Origin: Octopus sinensis
Lineage: Eukaryota
Assembly: GCF_006345805.1 (NCBI RefSeq)
Contig: NC_042998.1
Span: 98,890,001-98,954,000, forward strand
DNA: 64,000 nt
Reading direction: 5' to 3'
Part shown: piece by piece, positions 23,901-36,106 of the stretch
How the letters are laid out: each line of letters starts with the position of its first letter
Position numbering within the stretch: position 1 is the stretch's first letter
Notes under the pieces: model-generated
What the model was told of the DNA's origin: nothing
Seen by the model: only the letters and a program-made list of their open reading frames with translations
The model's database searches: none
Translations under genes and position numbers: made by a program

Positions 23901-24220
23901 GGGATGTCAGCGATGACGAAAACCCATTGAAAATCTCGACGAAGGTTGATGTCGAGGCGCAGCGAAATATGACCGAAGGTGGTTATGGGAGACGAGTCAA
24001 TGGTATGCAAGACAATTGAAGAGCGCTTGGGCTTGTCTGCAGTCAGACGAAGGGGCCAGATGCTGCAACAAGAGCCGGTGTCCACCATGAAGAATTTCTT
24101 CGACACCAGATCTTTTACAAAGAACGCACGATTTTTGGGAAACGAGAAGGAAGAAGGTGACGTGCTCACCTCCTCCGGATTTAGTTTCCCGAGGGCTGGA
24201 AAGTACATGGCTGGGTACAC
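20963..24220 (-). pseudogene. Gypsy pol (protease, RT, RNase H, integrase), disrupted
   Basis: VDTGS protease; RT catalytic motif reads YVND rather than YVDD; VDAS RNase H; HHCC zinc finger; HIDLVGP, TDRG and NGLVER integrase core. In-frame TGA at 21944-21946 (GP*PVSRG) and two compensating frameshifts in the integrase C-terminal part (true frame given by ORF 21324-21587). Confidence 0.92.
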
Positions 24221-24867
24221 CGTTCTGCCTTTACGGCAGAGCCACTGCGACTACGACTGCGTGGTCGGCGCCCGATCGCACGGCACAGATCATCGATTCG
24301 CCGCGTGAGCGCATTGAGCCGCTCGGCTAGTGAATTTTGCGTCGGAGAAACTGTCGGAGGGGGCTCTGTACATGCGCACAGGCCTTGCGATGGAGATGGT
24401 TTCGGAAATTCCAATATTTTATCGGCCATCGTGGCAATCTGGTCTACTGACACAGACTCCAGTACCGTGGCCAACATTGTCTTCACGTGGGCAGGCAACC
24501 TGGAGAAGAGAATCCTCCGTAAGAGCGGCGCGTCCGCTGCGTTCCCGCTCAGCTCCCGTAGGTGGCGCAGGAACTGGGATGGAGTCCTGTATCCCAACAG
24601 TTCCTCGGCCATCAGCTCCTTAAAATTACTCTCCTCCGACCGCGTGTTGTGGCGGAGGATTTCGGCTTTTACGGACGCGTATGTGGCGTCCGGGTGGGGA
24701 CTTATTATGAGATCCCTGACCGATGTGGCGAGTCGGGGATGTAAACTTGAATATAGCAGATGCAACTGCTGCTGTTGAGGAACGGCATGTGCGTCAAAAT
24801 GCGACTCCACCTGGGCAAACCACAGACCCACATCCCCTGTGAATAAAGGCAAACCTGATGCAGCCAT
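24181..24867 (-). CDS. Gypsy gag ORF (228 aa)
   Basis: LPLFTGDVGLWFAQVESHF...RTPSQFLRHLREL...IATMADKI typical of Gypsy gag; RSRSRS tail; ends TCG GGA AAC TAA overlapping pol. Confidence 0.85.
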   Translation of the reverse strand: MAASGLPLFTGDVGLWFAQVESHFDAHAVPQQQQLHLLYSSLHPRLATSVRDLIISPHPDATYASVKAEILRHNTRSEESNFKELMAEELLGYRTPSQFLRHLRELSGNAADAPLLRRILFSRLPAHVKTMLATVLESVSVDQIATMADKILEFPKPSPSQGLCACTEPPPTVSPTQNSLAERLNALTRRIDDLCRAIGRRPRSRSRSGSAVKAERCTQPCTFQPSGN

Positions 24868-25248
24868 GTTTGTCTGAAGAATCGCCTGTCAGAAAGGGGC
24901 ATAAGGTATGAACGAGAAGTGGAGAACACGTGGAACCGACAAAGCAAATCAAAATCGTGTTTTGTGTACTGGTGTGTGTGTGTGTGCACCTCGTGGGTAG
25001 TAAAGAATAAGTGTGTGTGTGTGCACAAAGGAAAAACAAAAGGTACAGAAAAGGAAAAAAAAATAATGTGTATGTGTTTCTTTTTTTTTTTTTGAGTGTA
25101 CTGAGTGCAATGAATAAAACTTTTGTTTTTTACGCACCTTCGCCGTCCTGAAAGGAAAAGAAAAATGAAAGTGAAAACTGAGTGTTCAGTGCTCTAACTG
25201 GCAAAACCTGTTCGCTGCGTCTTCTGTTCTTTTTTTTTTTTCTACTTA

Positions 25249-25257
25249 GGGTCACCA
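25249..25257 (-). promoter_or_regulatory. Primer-binding site, tRNA-Trp-like
   Basis: TGGTGACCC 2 nt after the 5' LTR, complementary to the GGGUCACCA 3' end of eukaryotic tRNA-Trp; only 9 nt match. Confidence 0.65.
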
Positions 25258-26041
25258 ATTGTAACAGGATCTGGAATCGGTATCACTGAAGGGGTGTCGA
25301 TCCGATCCCGTCACATACAATTTATTTAGATATAACAGACAAAGTGAGGTTATCTGGGAAAGACAGCAGTGTTGTTTATTATTCATGATGGTGTACGTAT
25401 TTCTGAAGGGAAAACGACAGCCGAATCTGTTGTACAGCTTCTTGTTGGTTGGTTGAAGTGATTCAATGTCGTCTGCGGTTGAGTCGGTATAGTTATCAGA
25501 GACTACCAAATGCACGTCTGTTCCCGAGGGCTGAAATGGCCAGAGAGGATGAATGAGTGATTTGTACCTTAGGGGTCAGTTTCCCGCACATGCGCATGGG
25601 GAAGACTTCCGGTGGCCACCCGGAAGTAGTCCCATTCTGCGCATGCGCGCTGAACCTTACACAGTAGCATCACTACATAGGTTATTTAGAAGGGTGCACT
25701 TATTTTCTTAAGTGGGGGCACATGCCCCTCAGCCCCACCCTTGGTATTAACAAAAGAAAGCACATACACTGCTCAAATGGAATACTTAATGATGTATGAT
25801 GAGACACATTTTTAAAATGGTGTCAAAAATTTTAAAGTAGATGGTACGTATACACAAAAGAATCATTTATTAGAAGGATTAGATCATGAAGTGAAGTGGG
25901 AATTGATATTTGAGATAGATTCATAAATCAGGGATGAAATATTTTACTAATACTGAATTGTGGTAATTAAGATTGAGGAGAGAAAACTTTTATTGGTATG
26001 GATTGAAATCATTTGGATCAACTTAATATGGTTAAGTTTAA

Positions 26042-27191
26042 ACTTTTAGCATTGAGATTACTCTGTCAGATGTAGTTTGTAGTGTACACTTGAGTAAAAT
26101 TCCTCTCTTCTCTATTATATATACATACATACGAACATAGTAGATAACAGCTAGCTTTTACCACATTTTGGACCTTGTTGTGTCCACTGCTCTGATTGGT
26201 TGGTATTGGTGCAATTTTCTCTTGTTCTATCGCACACCAATATTCAACCCAACTAATCGCAACCTTCAAATAAGGTCATGTGTGTTTTCTATCTCAGCTG
26301 AGCCTACAACTCCTTATAAAAAACCCAACTATTCCTTGTCTCGAGGTCTTTCAGTTCTAGTTCTTTTAAGGTCTAGCCACTGACCACACAAGACACAGCC
26401 AGTTCCAGCAACAACACACTCCTGTACCAAGTGACCCAGAGAGCAGCATCACAGCCACAACTTCACATATGACACGTACTGCTCCGGCTCTGCATCATCA
26501 CTGCAACTTCTTGATACAGTATTTCAACTATCATGTACAAGTGACTAAGAACTGGTATTTATCATTCTTGTGTCTATGAACTTACTCCTCACTTCGATGG
26601 CTACAGACTCTTTCACTGTCTCTTCTTCATTGCCATCCTTATACGTTCTTAACATGCATACATCTATGCTTACATACACACGCATACATCTTATTCTTAT
26701 GACAGCCTATCTATCATTCTGTATATATGACGCACACATAATCACGCATGTTAACATATAAATAAATCTTTTCTTAAACATTCTTCCCAGTTGTGTCCCT
26801 TATTTCCCTCTGGCACACATATGCATTGTTCTATTTATATTTATTGTATTGACTGTGTGATGTACTAAGGAGCCATTCTCATCACCTCACTTCTCACAGA
26901 CAGCCCAAATCGGCAACCCATTCCAGCTCCTTGAAGCTACAAAACTATTATAATGGGAGAAAGAGATACTCCACAGGTATCACAAGCCTTCAATTCCATT
27001 ATAAGTTCTTATTTATTCACATTGCTTTGAATTAATCGTGCATTATCTTGTAGCTTCAACATTCCAATAAAGTGATTGTCTAATTTTAGAATGATATTAT
27101 ATGGTAGGTGTGAGAGGCTGGATTTGGTGAGTTTGACCATAGAATGGGTAGAATATTTGGGTTGGATATGGTCAGTTTAAATGCTAAAAGG
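26042..27191. mobile_element. piggyBac-type MITE split by a ~0.9-kb unclassified insertion
   Basis: 26042-26075 and ~27002-27191 together reproduce the intact copy at 27872-28092. Confidence 0.7.
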
Positions 27192-27871
27192 TTAAATTAA
27201 AATTAATGGATGTGTGTTACATTTTAGCATGTATCATTAATTATGCAACTAACGTGATCTCCCTCACTCCCTCTCTTTCTCTCTCTCTCTCTTTCCCTTT
27301 CTTTCTCTCTCTCTCTCTTTTCCCCTCTCTCCCCTTTTCTCTCTCCTCCCCCCTTTCTCTCTTTCTATCTCTCTTCCTTTCATCTCTATCTGCATCTCAC
27401 CTATTTCTTTTAGTCAAGCAACATATACTGTCTCTAAAAGACAGTATATATATTGCTCAATCAAACATTTTAGCTCTAGCTTTTTGATAAGGCAGAGAGC
27501 TAAATTAATGCTGGAGCATGTCACTCAAATTGCAAAAAATTCATGAAAATTAGGATTTGAAAATCAAAACTTTACACTCTACATAATTTTCTATTAACAA
27601 CTTCTTTGTCTCTGCATACTATTGTTTACTGATGACTCTTCTGGTTAAACAGGAAATAATTAGTTGATAGTAATTCGGCAATCTATGTACCTGTGCATTG
27701 AAAGCATTGTGGGTCATCAATGGTAACCAAAGGATTATATCCAGAATTTCTTTATCATAACAGTTTAATCACTTAAAAAGATATCAATCATTAAAGGAAA
27801 ATGGATAGCATAGCTAGATCAGACAAATTTAATATTCCAACAAACTCTTCTTAATATGGTAAGAATTTTAA

Positions 27872-28092
27872 CCCTTCTAGTATTATGATTACTCTGTCAA
27901 ATGTAATTCTTATTTATTCACATTGTTTTGAATTAATCATGCATTATCATGTCGCTTCAACACTTCAGTAAAGTGATTACCTATTTTTAGAATAACATTG
28001 TATGATAGGTGTGAGAGGCTCAATCTGGTCAGTTTGAATATAGAACTGGTAGAATATTTAGGCTGGATATGGCCTGTTTAAATGCTAAAGGG
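27872..28092. mobile_element. piggyBac-type MITE (221 bp)
   Basis: TTAA|CCCTTCTAG ... CTAAAGGG|TTAA. Confidence 0.85.
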
Positions 28093-28099
28093 TTAAATT

Positions 28100-29750
28100 A
28101 TGGATTAGGAGAATTTCCTAATAATTACTGACCCAGACTTTAATCCTAACAAACTCAGGCAGGCTCTTGCTCACACACACACACACATTGGGCTTAATAT
28201 AGCAGACATCATATATGATTGTACAACTTTTGATGATGCTCTAAAAATAGCTAAAAGAAGCATATGTGAAATCCAAGCACTATGGAAACAAAGATGAATT
28301 TCTACAGAATTTAATTGCATTAACTCATGATTATGGTTTTAAAGGCACAAAGGATGAAGAAAATACACTAGCATTTATAAGGGACTCTTTTATATGTGAA
28401 ATACACTCAAATATTGTACATCTGAGCACTGTATACAATAAACTTATCATTATTATTTGTTTCCCAAAGTTGGCATGGTACTAGATGAAAAGGCAAAAGA
28501 CATAGCCATTTTATTTTAATTATTATTTATTGAATGCATAAAGATATTAAAACCTAACTGTTTTTTTTTAAATCTGAACAGTTAGAATATTGAACATCAA
28601 TTTAATTTTTTTTTTAAATATTCAACACAGGCTAATGTCATCTGGCAGGCAGGCTAAACCTTTGGAACAAACTCAAAGCAGAAACATATCAAATGTTTGT
28701 TGTTTCCTTGGGATGCTTTGGTGTTAGCAATGGATATTTAAGTGATAAATTGGAACAAATTCCCACAGTATCCCCTAATACCTCAAGAACAGGTATTTTC
28801 TGTGTCAACTCAATAGTCAATCCTTAAACCTAAAAAGCTAAAACTGCTGTTTGTTGAAAGCGTAAAAGAGTAAAACTAGGCTATTGCATATTGGTCTGCT
28901 GGTCACACCACTTCTGCTTCACAATCTAAGCCATCTGTTTCATTCATTCAACCTCTAGTAAATATATTATCTAAAGATAAACATTGTAGCAAAATTGATC
29001 TAAGTAGTACTTATTAACAAATTTGGATAATACCTATGGAAAGATCTGTCACAGTTTTCCAAGCAGTTGGGGTGGAGGTCTGTATCACTTTACTGAAGTT
29101 TCTATGGATATTACAAATGGTGTTTCAGTGTTTCAGTAAATCATGAATAAATTTATCAATAAAAAGAATCTTAAAGGTACCTGTTTATATTTTTAAGATA
29201 TTTTAGTTTGTAGAAAAACAAAATTAGAACATGATACAATCTTTTTGAACTTTTTTTTTAATTGCCATCAAAATATGCAATAATCTAACCTTAAATAAAA
29301 ATAAATTTGAAGACAATCTAATAACTATTAACTAATCTGATTTCACATGGAGAATTACATGTTGATTCAGAACATGTTTGACTTCTTGAAGAGCTATCTA
29401 TAATTTAATTTAGTAAAAAAAAAAAAAAAATACAAAAGGGGCTTGAGATTTTTAAATGTGTTAAATGGATCCTATCCCACTTTTCTAAAATTAGGTTGTT
29501 AGCTGGTGCAAGTTTCTATCTGTCTGAGAACACTATAAAATACACCAATTCTATTAAAATGATGTTAAATGAGTAGCTGTGGTCACTATTGGTAATGAAT
29601 TGTCTTTTACTATGAAAACAGATGCCACTAATGAAACTACTGTGGCAAAATTATCACACTGTATTAGACCTGTGGTATGTTTCTCATGGTCCTTAAATAA
29701 TTCTGAAAAGACTCCTACTACATAGTCAAAAAAGAAGCTTAAGCAGTTAC
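28100..29750 (+). mobile_element. Ancient, heavily decayed Gypsy internal-region relics
   Basis: gag-like ALTHDYGFKG...FIRDSFICEI (28266-28484); FLGM connection-like piece (~28700); RNase H-like RPVVCFSWSLNNSEK...KKEA (~29665-29740). Confidence 0.4.
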
Positions 29751-30799
29751 AAAAAGTGTGAGAAAATGGAAATATTTCCTCACGAAACATTTTATTTTTA
29801 GTGACACATCAAAGATCCATTTCATTCATGTTTGACAATAAAAAAGCAAGGAAAGAAAAATGAAAAAAAAATTCTAAAATCCTCTGCTGGAGAATTAAAC
29901 ATCCTCTCTCATGCACTACAAACTACTGATCTGGTTTAGGGAATCTTTCAGCTGATCAAATGTCTCATACTTGTGCGACTGCTTTTGACAACTATAAATT
30001 TAGAATTACTGTATAATTCCTTAGTACATTCATTTTATAAAAGTATGCAACTTACTGTTTTCTGTTGATGAAGTATGATAATTCTGCACAAAATTAAACC
30101 TAACTTTGATTGTCCAAACGAAACCCCTTTAATAAAAAGCTACCCATTCATTTGAATGTTTATCAAAAGATTTTAAAGAGCCACTTCTAATAATTCAAAT
30201 GTACATGTAACACAATTGACAAATTTTCTTCATTTTCCATTTGTCTATTCACGCTCTGGCACAAATACATCTGTTGTTAGAAAATACTTGACCCATCACT
30301 TCTCTATTTTTGGCATGCTACTGTTGCTTTCTTTTGTTTTTTTTTAAACAGTGGGAGTAACCAAAATGTCTTCTGAATAGAAACAATTCTTAAATAGCCA
30401 AGGGTTTTCTACAAGCTTCATGACCTATATAATTCTATTGGAAACTTAGTAGAGGCATAACAGTTTTGTGTGAAACTTCTATTATACTAACAGAGATACC
30501 AGCATTGCTTGGTATTAAAATGGCATAGTTTATATATATATATTACGGTTATTTTGAAACAGGTGTTATGGGAAAGTGCAGCATTGACAACAAAACATTT
30601 GTGGAGTAAATGATAGGCTAATTCAACTAAGCAACATGTCATGCCTCTGTTTGGAGTATTCCTGGCCCTAACCCATCATGGAAATTGGGGGTGGGGGTTG
30701 TTATTTTTGAATGCACCGAAAGGCTATCAGTGGATATACTCTCCTTTGCAGCAGTCGGTTATGAGTCTAACATGACCCATCATCTAAAATTTTGACACC

Positions 30800-31947
30800 T
30801 CCTTCAGGTTTATTGTCCTACATCACTCAAGAAGTAAATCTGAAGGAAGTGTAGTTGTTCATTTGGGGGTAACAGGGAAGCAATAGGGTGATAGACTTGC
30901 TCTTGAACTTTGAACGTTGGCGTAAATCCATATTCAACTATCTCCTTAGCTGCACCAAATAATATTTGAAATGCAGAGTTGTATTGTCTGATATTGTTCA
31001 GAAAATCCTTTGACTGGATGGAAGTGCCTTCCAGATCTATAAGAGGTTGAGGAGGAGCTGGTAGTGCTGGCAATCTTACCTTACTGCCTGAGCAGCACAT
31101 GCCATTAGTTTTATTGGAAATTTTGGGAAAGTCTCATCTCCCTTCTGTATTAAGACTCCATCTGATGTGCTGCAGCATGCACTTCCTGATCTTGGGAAAA
31201 TCTCATCTCACTTCTGTCTTGAGACTCTAATTGATGATGTTCGGAAAGTCTCATTTCTCTTCTCTCTTGAGACTGTATTTGACATGCTGCAGCATGCATT
31301 TGCTGGTCTTGTGAAACTCTCATTTCCCTTCTCTCTTGAAACTCCATTTGATGTGCTGCAGCATGTGTTTTCTGATCTTGAGAAAGTCTCATCTCCTTTC
31401 TCTCTTGAAACTCTTGCCTTTGGTTTTCTACAATCCTCCTTACTTTATAGTTGTTTCTGGAGAGACTACATCTTTTCTTTGGTGGCATCTTTCAATATTG
31501 TATACAAAAAATTATGAACATAGAAAAATTATACATTAATCTCTATTTTTGTAAGCAGCTGTATGTATTGTAGTATAAACAATATTATAGTCTTATCAAA
31601 AGTGAATGAGTAAAAGTGAAATAATATTATGCTACTGAAAAAGAAAACAAGTCAAAAGTGAAAGAATAAAGGTGAAACAATATTATATCAAAAGTGAAAG
31701 AATAAAAGTGAAACTATTATACTGCTGAAAAAAATCGGAAGAGTCATATGGTGGTGGTGGGGGGGTACAGCTCTCTATATGGGCAAGGGACAAAATTTGA
31801 CACTCCTAGAAGTTTCCCCAAGTAATGAAAAACCTTCATGCCAAATTTGGTATTATACTGCTGAAAAAAAAATTAGAAGGGTTATATAGTGGACTACAGC
31901 CTCCAATATGGGCTAGGACCAAGTGAATTTTATAATATATCAGAAGA
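30800..31947 (-). mobile_element. 5' portion of an autonomous-type Helitron (Rep/helicase N-terminus), 3'-truncated
   Basis: 5' end A|TCTTCTGATATATTATAAAA; ORFs MPPKKR...(ERREMR.SQD repeats) and CCSGSKVRLPAL..P...FLNNIRQYNSAFQ..FGA...PTFKVQ.QVYH.I.SLLP...LQIYF characteristic of Helitron N-terminal regions. Confidence 0.85.
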
Positions 31948-32902
31948 TTAACCCCTGAAAATAAGACAATAAACGTTTTGAAATGGATTACCCAATTCTA
32001 TACATGTTATACAATCACTGCTATGTACAGTTACCAATAAAACACTTTACAAAAGTATTTTATATCCCTTACATTGTCTTCAGGTATCATGCTGGCCATA
32101 GCAATTGATGATACATATCACTGCTTGATGACCAATGTTTTTTTTATATCCCTGTAACTTAGCAGTTCAGCAAAAGTGATTAATAGAATAAGTAAACTGA
32201 AAATAAAATGTAGTGGGGTTGATTTATTCGACTAAATACTTCAAGGTAGTGCCCCAGCATGGGCACAGCCTAATGACTGAAACAAGTGAAAGATAGAAGG
32301 TAAAAGATTTGAACTTCCTCAACCACAACAGCTGGGTGTTAATAAGCATCTGGTAAATGAAGTACACAAGCTAATTTAGTTACTGATTTCTTTGTCAATG
32401 GAACTCTAAGTCTTTTATTCTTTTATTGGTTTTTGTTATTGGACTGTGGACATACTGAGGTTAGTAAAATAAGTACCATTCACAGGCAGAGTCTATTACT
32501 CCAAATATTTATTTTATCAAATGGTACTTATTTTACTAACCTCAGAAGGATGAAAACTAAAGTAGAGCTGGATGAGATTTTAACATTTTAGCCATATCAG
32601 GCCCAAATAATACATGTTTTATGTTCAAAGTGGGTAGATTTGGCCTATCACACCCACTATACAATGTCCTTCTAAAAATAAACAATCACATAACTGTAAT
32701 CTTAAAGCTAAAAGATAATGCATGATGAATCCAAACCAATTTGAACAAATAAGCATTATGTTTGACAGAGTAATCTGAATGCTAGCACTGAATGAAAAAA
32801 ATGTAACCAAATAGTGTTAGTTATTTTGTCCAATGATGTATTGATCTTGCCATGCACTTGCATTAAATATCTTTATAAAAAAGCATAAACATCACAATTT
32901 AC

Positions 32903-32962
32903 TTTGTTCCTCTCCAAAGAACTTTGTTAGTGTATCATCTCTTTCTTGTTGGCAAATACAAA
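32903..32962 (-). CDS. Candidate 60-nt internal exon (CICQQERDDTLTKFFGEEQ) of the unidentified minus-strand gene
   Basis: gtgtttttag| ... |gtaaat with one open frame (phase 1-1); phase does not join the 34.2-kb exon directly. Confidence 0.3.
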
Positions 32963-33719
32963 CTAAAAACACATTTATAAAGCATATGAGGCAAGGTGGA
33001 TGATGCTGGTGGCACATGAAAAACGCCTTTCAAATGTTAGGCCTCATAGAGTTAATGACGAATGACCAAAACCTTTGGCATTATGTCATACTTCAGAAGT
33101 CAAGTAAAATCACAGTTGTGTCACACAAATGGCACCCAAGATAGTTGTACATAAAAGCACCCATTACAATCTTGGAATGGTTGGCATTAGGAAGGGTATC
33201 CAACTGTAGAAACCATGCCAAATCAGATTGGAGTCTGGTGCAGCCTTCCAGCTTGCCAGCCCTGGTCAAACCTTCCAATCTAAGCCAGCATGGACAATGG
33301 ACATTAAATGATGATCATACTGTCCTTCATTTTACTCACACTTTCCACATAAACAAGCCTTATTCACATACATCCAGGAAAAGAACAGAAAACACACATT
33401 GGAAACAACTTGTGTGACATAACTTAGTCTCCTCCATCATCATGACAACACCATCGACGTAATGGTATCAGTCTTGCACTACACCATCCTTACTTATGAA
33501 TAACACAATTTTTTAAACCCTCGGAATTGTTGTCAACTCTGATTTAGCTGTCCTATGATGAAACACACTTCAGTCCTGAGCATTCTGCCATTTTGTATTT
33601 CTAGGACTATACTGACCAGTATACCATTCCTTTTTTAAGACTGTACAGTGTGATATGAGGAAATTTAGTCGCTATTTCTTGCAGGTTAAGCAACTACAAA
33701 GTCTCTACGTATGCTTGGC

Positions 33720-34000
33720 CTCACAATCTCAAATGAACCTTCAAACAGACTTTACATAATACCAAAACTTCATCCCAAAGACTAGGATTTCTCTTCAGGG
33801 CCAGAAAATTGTCTGATCCTCATCGCTTGCTGATTCTCTTTAAAACCCAAGTATGACTCATATTAGGGCTTTGTTCAAATTTCTGGGACACCACTGCTGC
33901 TACATGCACAAACATCCTAGTCAGAATCAAAAAGGTTATTTGGTTGATTGGCAGGAAGACACTAGAACCACTACTTTACAGGCATAGTTTTTTATTTGTC
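33720..34000 (+). mobile_element. Decayed CR1/Jockey-like LINE RT C-terminus; a related relic lies at ~37020-37500 (-)
   Basis: LGFLFRARK...LLILFKTQV and (37.3 kb) LLPFYKAQVR resemble the LLxLYKAQVRP motif of such LINEs. Confidence 0.45.
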
Positions 34001-34188
34001 TTTCTTCTATAGTTATTGAAAGACCTCTTCCCCTCTTAGCTCCAAAATCTTGTCACCCATTCAAAACATATCATCCTTGCTCTTTTTGTAACTACTACCA
34101 TATCTCACCTTTAAGTTCCCACAGTAAACACAACATTCAATTGTTCTTCTTCAGAACTTCAACCCTCTGAACTTTACTCTCTACTTAC

Positions 34189-34263
34189 GCTTTTCCTGTA
34201 GATGTCAGCCAGCTGTTCAAGCTGAATATTATCCATATCAGTTTTGCCAGTTGGAGCAAAGAC
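34189..34263 (-). CDS. Candidate 75-nt internal exon of an unidentified gene (VFAPTGKTDMDNIQLEQLADIYRKS in phase 0; a phase-2 reading is also open)
   Basis: Acceptor atgactttcacag|, strong donor |gtaagt, unique sequence, length a multiple of 3. Confidence 0.55.
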
Positions 34264-35522
34264 CTGTGAAAGTCATTGGCACTGACCTGCTCTTCTGATT
34301 AACCAGTAAAAAAATTTTGCTATAATTGTGTCAAAGAAAGCTACATTTAAAAACTGATATACTTTTTAAAAGTATAGATTATAGCATTATGACAGGTGGT
34401 TTAATATACCACACCCATAAGCCTTTTAAACAACTAAACAGAAGGACCATTGAAACAAACAAGAAATATGATTCAGGATTGCAACCTGCTCCAACTGACA
34501 AAGTTTCAATAACTAATCCACCCACAAACACCTAGACACAATGAGAAAAGCTACAAAACACTATAGCACCATTAAAAATTAGTATCTGTCCTACCAGAAC
34601 CAGGCAAACACAAATTACACATATACATTAAAAGTAGTAATCTGACTGGTCACCAGAATTTTATTCCTTTATTTGTTTCAGTCTTTTGACTGCAGCCATG
34701 CTGGAGCACCACCTTTAGGTGAGCAAATCAACCCTAAGACGTATTCTTTCTGAGCCTAGTACTTATTCTATCAGTCTCTTTTCCCAAACCGTTAAGCTAT
34801 GGGGACATAAGCACACTAGTTTTCGTCTACCAAATCCACTCACAAGGCTTTGGTCGGCCCAAGGCTATAGTGGAAGACACTTGCTCAAGGTGCCACACAG
34901 TGGAACTGATCTTGGAACCATGTAGTTGGTAAACAAGCTACTTACCACACAACCACTCCTGCACTTATAAATGCTTACAATCATTATGGACATATCCCTA
35001 TTCTCTAAACAAATAAAAATAAAATAGCAGCAACATCAGTTGCTTTGCCAGGTTCAAATCATGTCCAAGTTTTATCTCCATGTTCAGTGAATCTCAAAAA
35101 ATCACACATCGATTGCTTCTAATTTGTCCATCTCTGCAACAAGTAGCACTGAAGCTTTCATTCATAGGTTAACATGTTTGACTTCAAAGTGGATTCAACA
35201 TTTAATGATTGTCTCATTACACTCAACATGACCCTACAATATACAACATAGTCTCTCATCAAACTGAAGTTTAGCATAAGGACTATGGTGAACATATGAG
35301 TTGGTTCAGGTCATTTGATATTTTTACTTCACCATTACTATGCCATGGCTCTCTTCAAATAATAAATCCAAAGAATATGTAGTTGTGTGTCTACTAATTC
35401 AACTGATACATGAAGTAGGAAAATATATCACAGTGAAGAGTGACAAAGAAAGGGGGTAGAATGGGTGGCACAATTAGAGGAAATAGAGATGACTGTTTAT
35501 ATCACTGGGAATAATCACCAAT

Positions 35523-36106
35523 TGTAACAGGATCTGGAATCGGTATCACTGAAAGGGTGTCCGATCCGATCCCGGCACATTCACGGAGTGGTTGGCGTTA
35601 GGAAGGGCATCCAGCTGTAGAAACATTGCCAGATAAGACTGGAGCCTGGTGCAGCCTTCTGGCTTCCCAGATCCCCGGTCGAACCGTCCAACCCATGCTA
35701 GCATGGAGAATGGACGTTAAACGATGATGATGATGATGATGATGAATGATAACAGACGAAGTCAGGTTATCTGGGAAAGACAGCAAATGTTGTTTTATTA
35801 CTCGTGATGGTGTTGATCTGGTGTGCCTATTTCTGAGGGGGACCGACAGCCGTATCTGTTGTACTGCTTCTTGTAGGCTGGTCGAAGTGGTTCGATGTGT
35901 CCGCTGCTAAGTCAATGCGTAGTTCTCAGAGACTTCTAATGCACGTCTGTTCACGAGCACTGTTGGGGCCAGAGAGAGTGAGTGAGTGGACTGTGCCTTA
36001 GGGGTCAGTTTCCCGCACATGCGCATAGGGAAGACTTCCGGTGGCCACCCGGAAGTAGTCCCATTCTGCGCACGCGCACTGAACCTTACACAGTAGCATC
36101 ACTACA
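35523..36106 (-). mobile_element. Third, more diverged copy of the Gypsy LTR, interrupted by an RTE-tail insertion (35581-~35746, +)
   Basis: TGTAACAGGATCTGGAATCGG ... GCATCACTACA termini match the LTRs at 20441 and 25260; the insert is the shared tail ending in (GAT)n. Confidence 0.9.

Larger units (their letters stand above)
20441..25677 (-). mobile_element. Full-length Ty3/Gypsy LTR retrotransposon, recently inserted but inactivated
   Basis: Two 418-bp LTRs (20441-20858, 25260-25677; TG...CA; about 10 differences by eye), TAGG target-site duplication, PBS, PPT, gag, and pol in PR-RT-RH-IN order. Confidence 0.97.

Noticed and set aside
32073-32151. Minus-strand exon-like segment with in-frame TGA (DIKKTLVIKQ*YVSS...|gtaagg), considered as selenocysteine or readthrough
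   Set aside because: No SECIS or selenoprotein motif is seen; a simple terminal exon or a false exon is more parsimonious.
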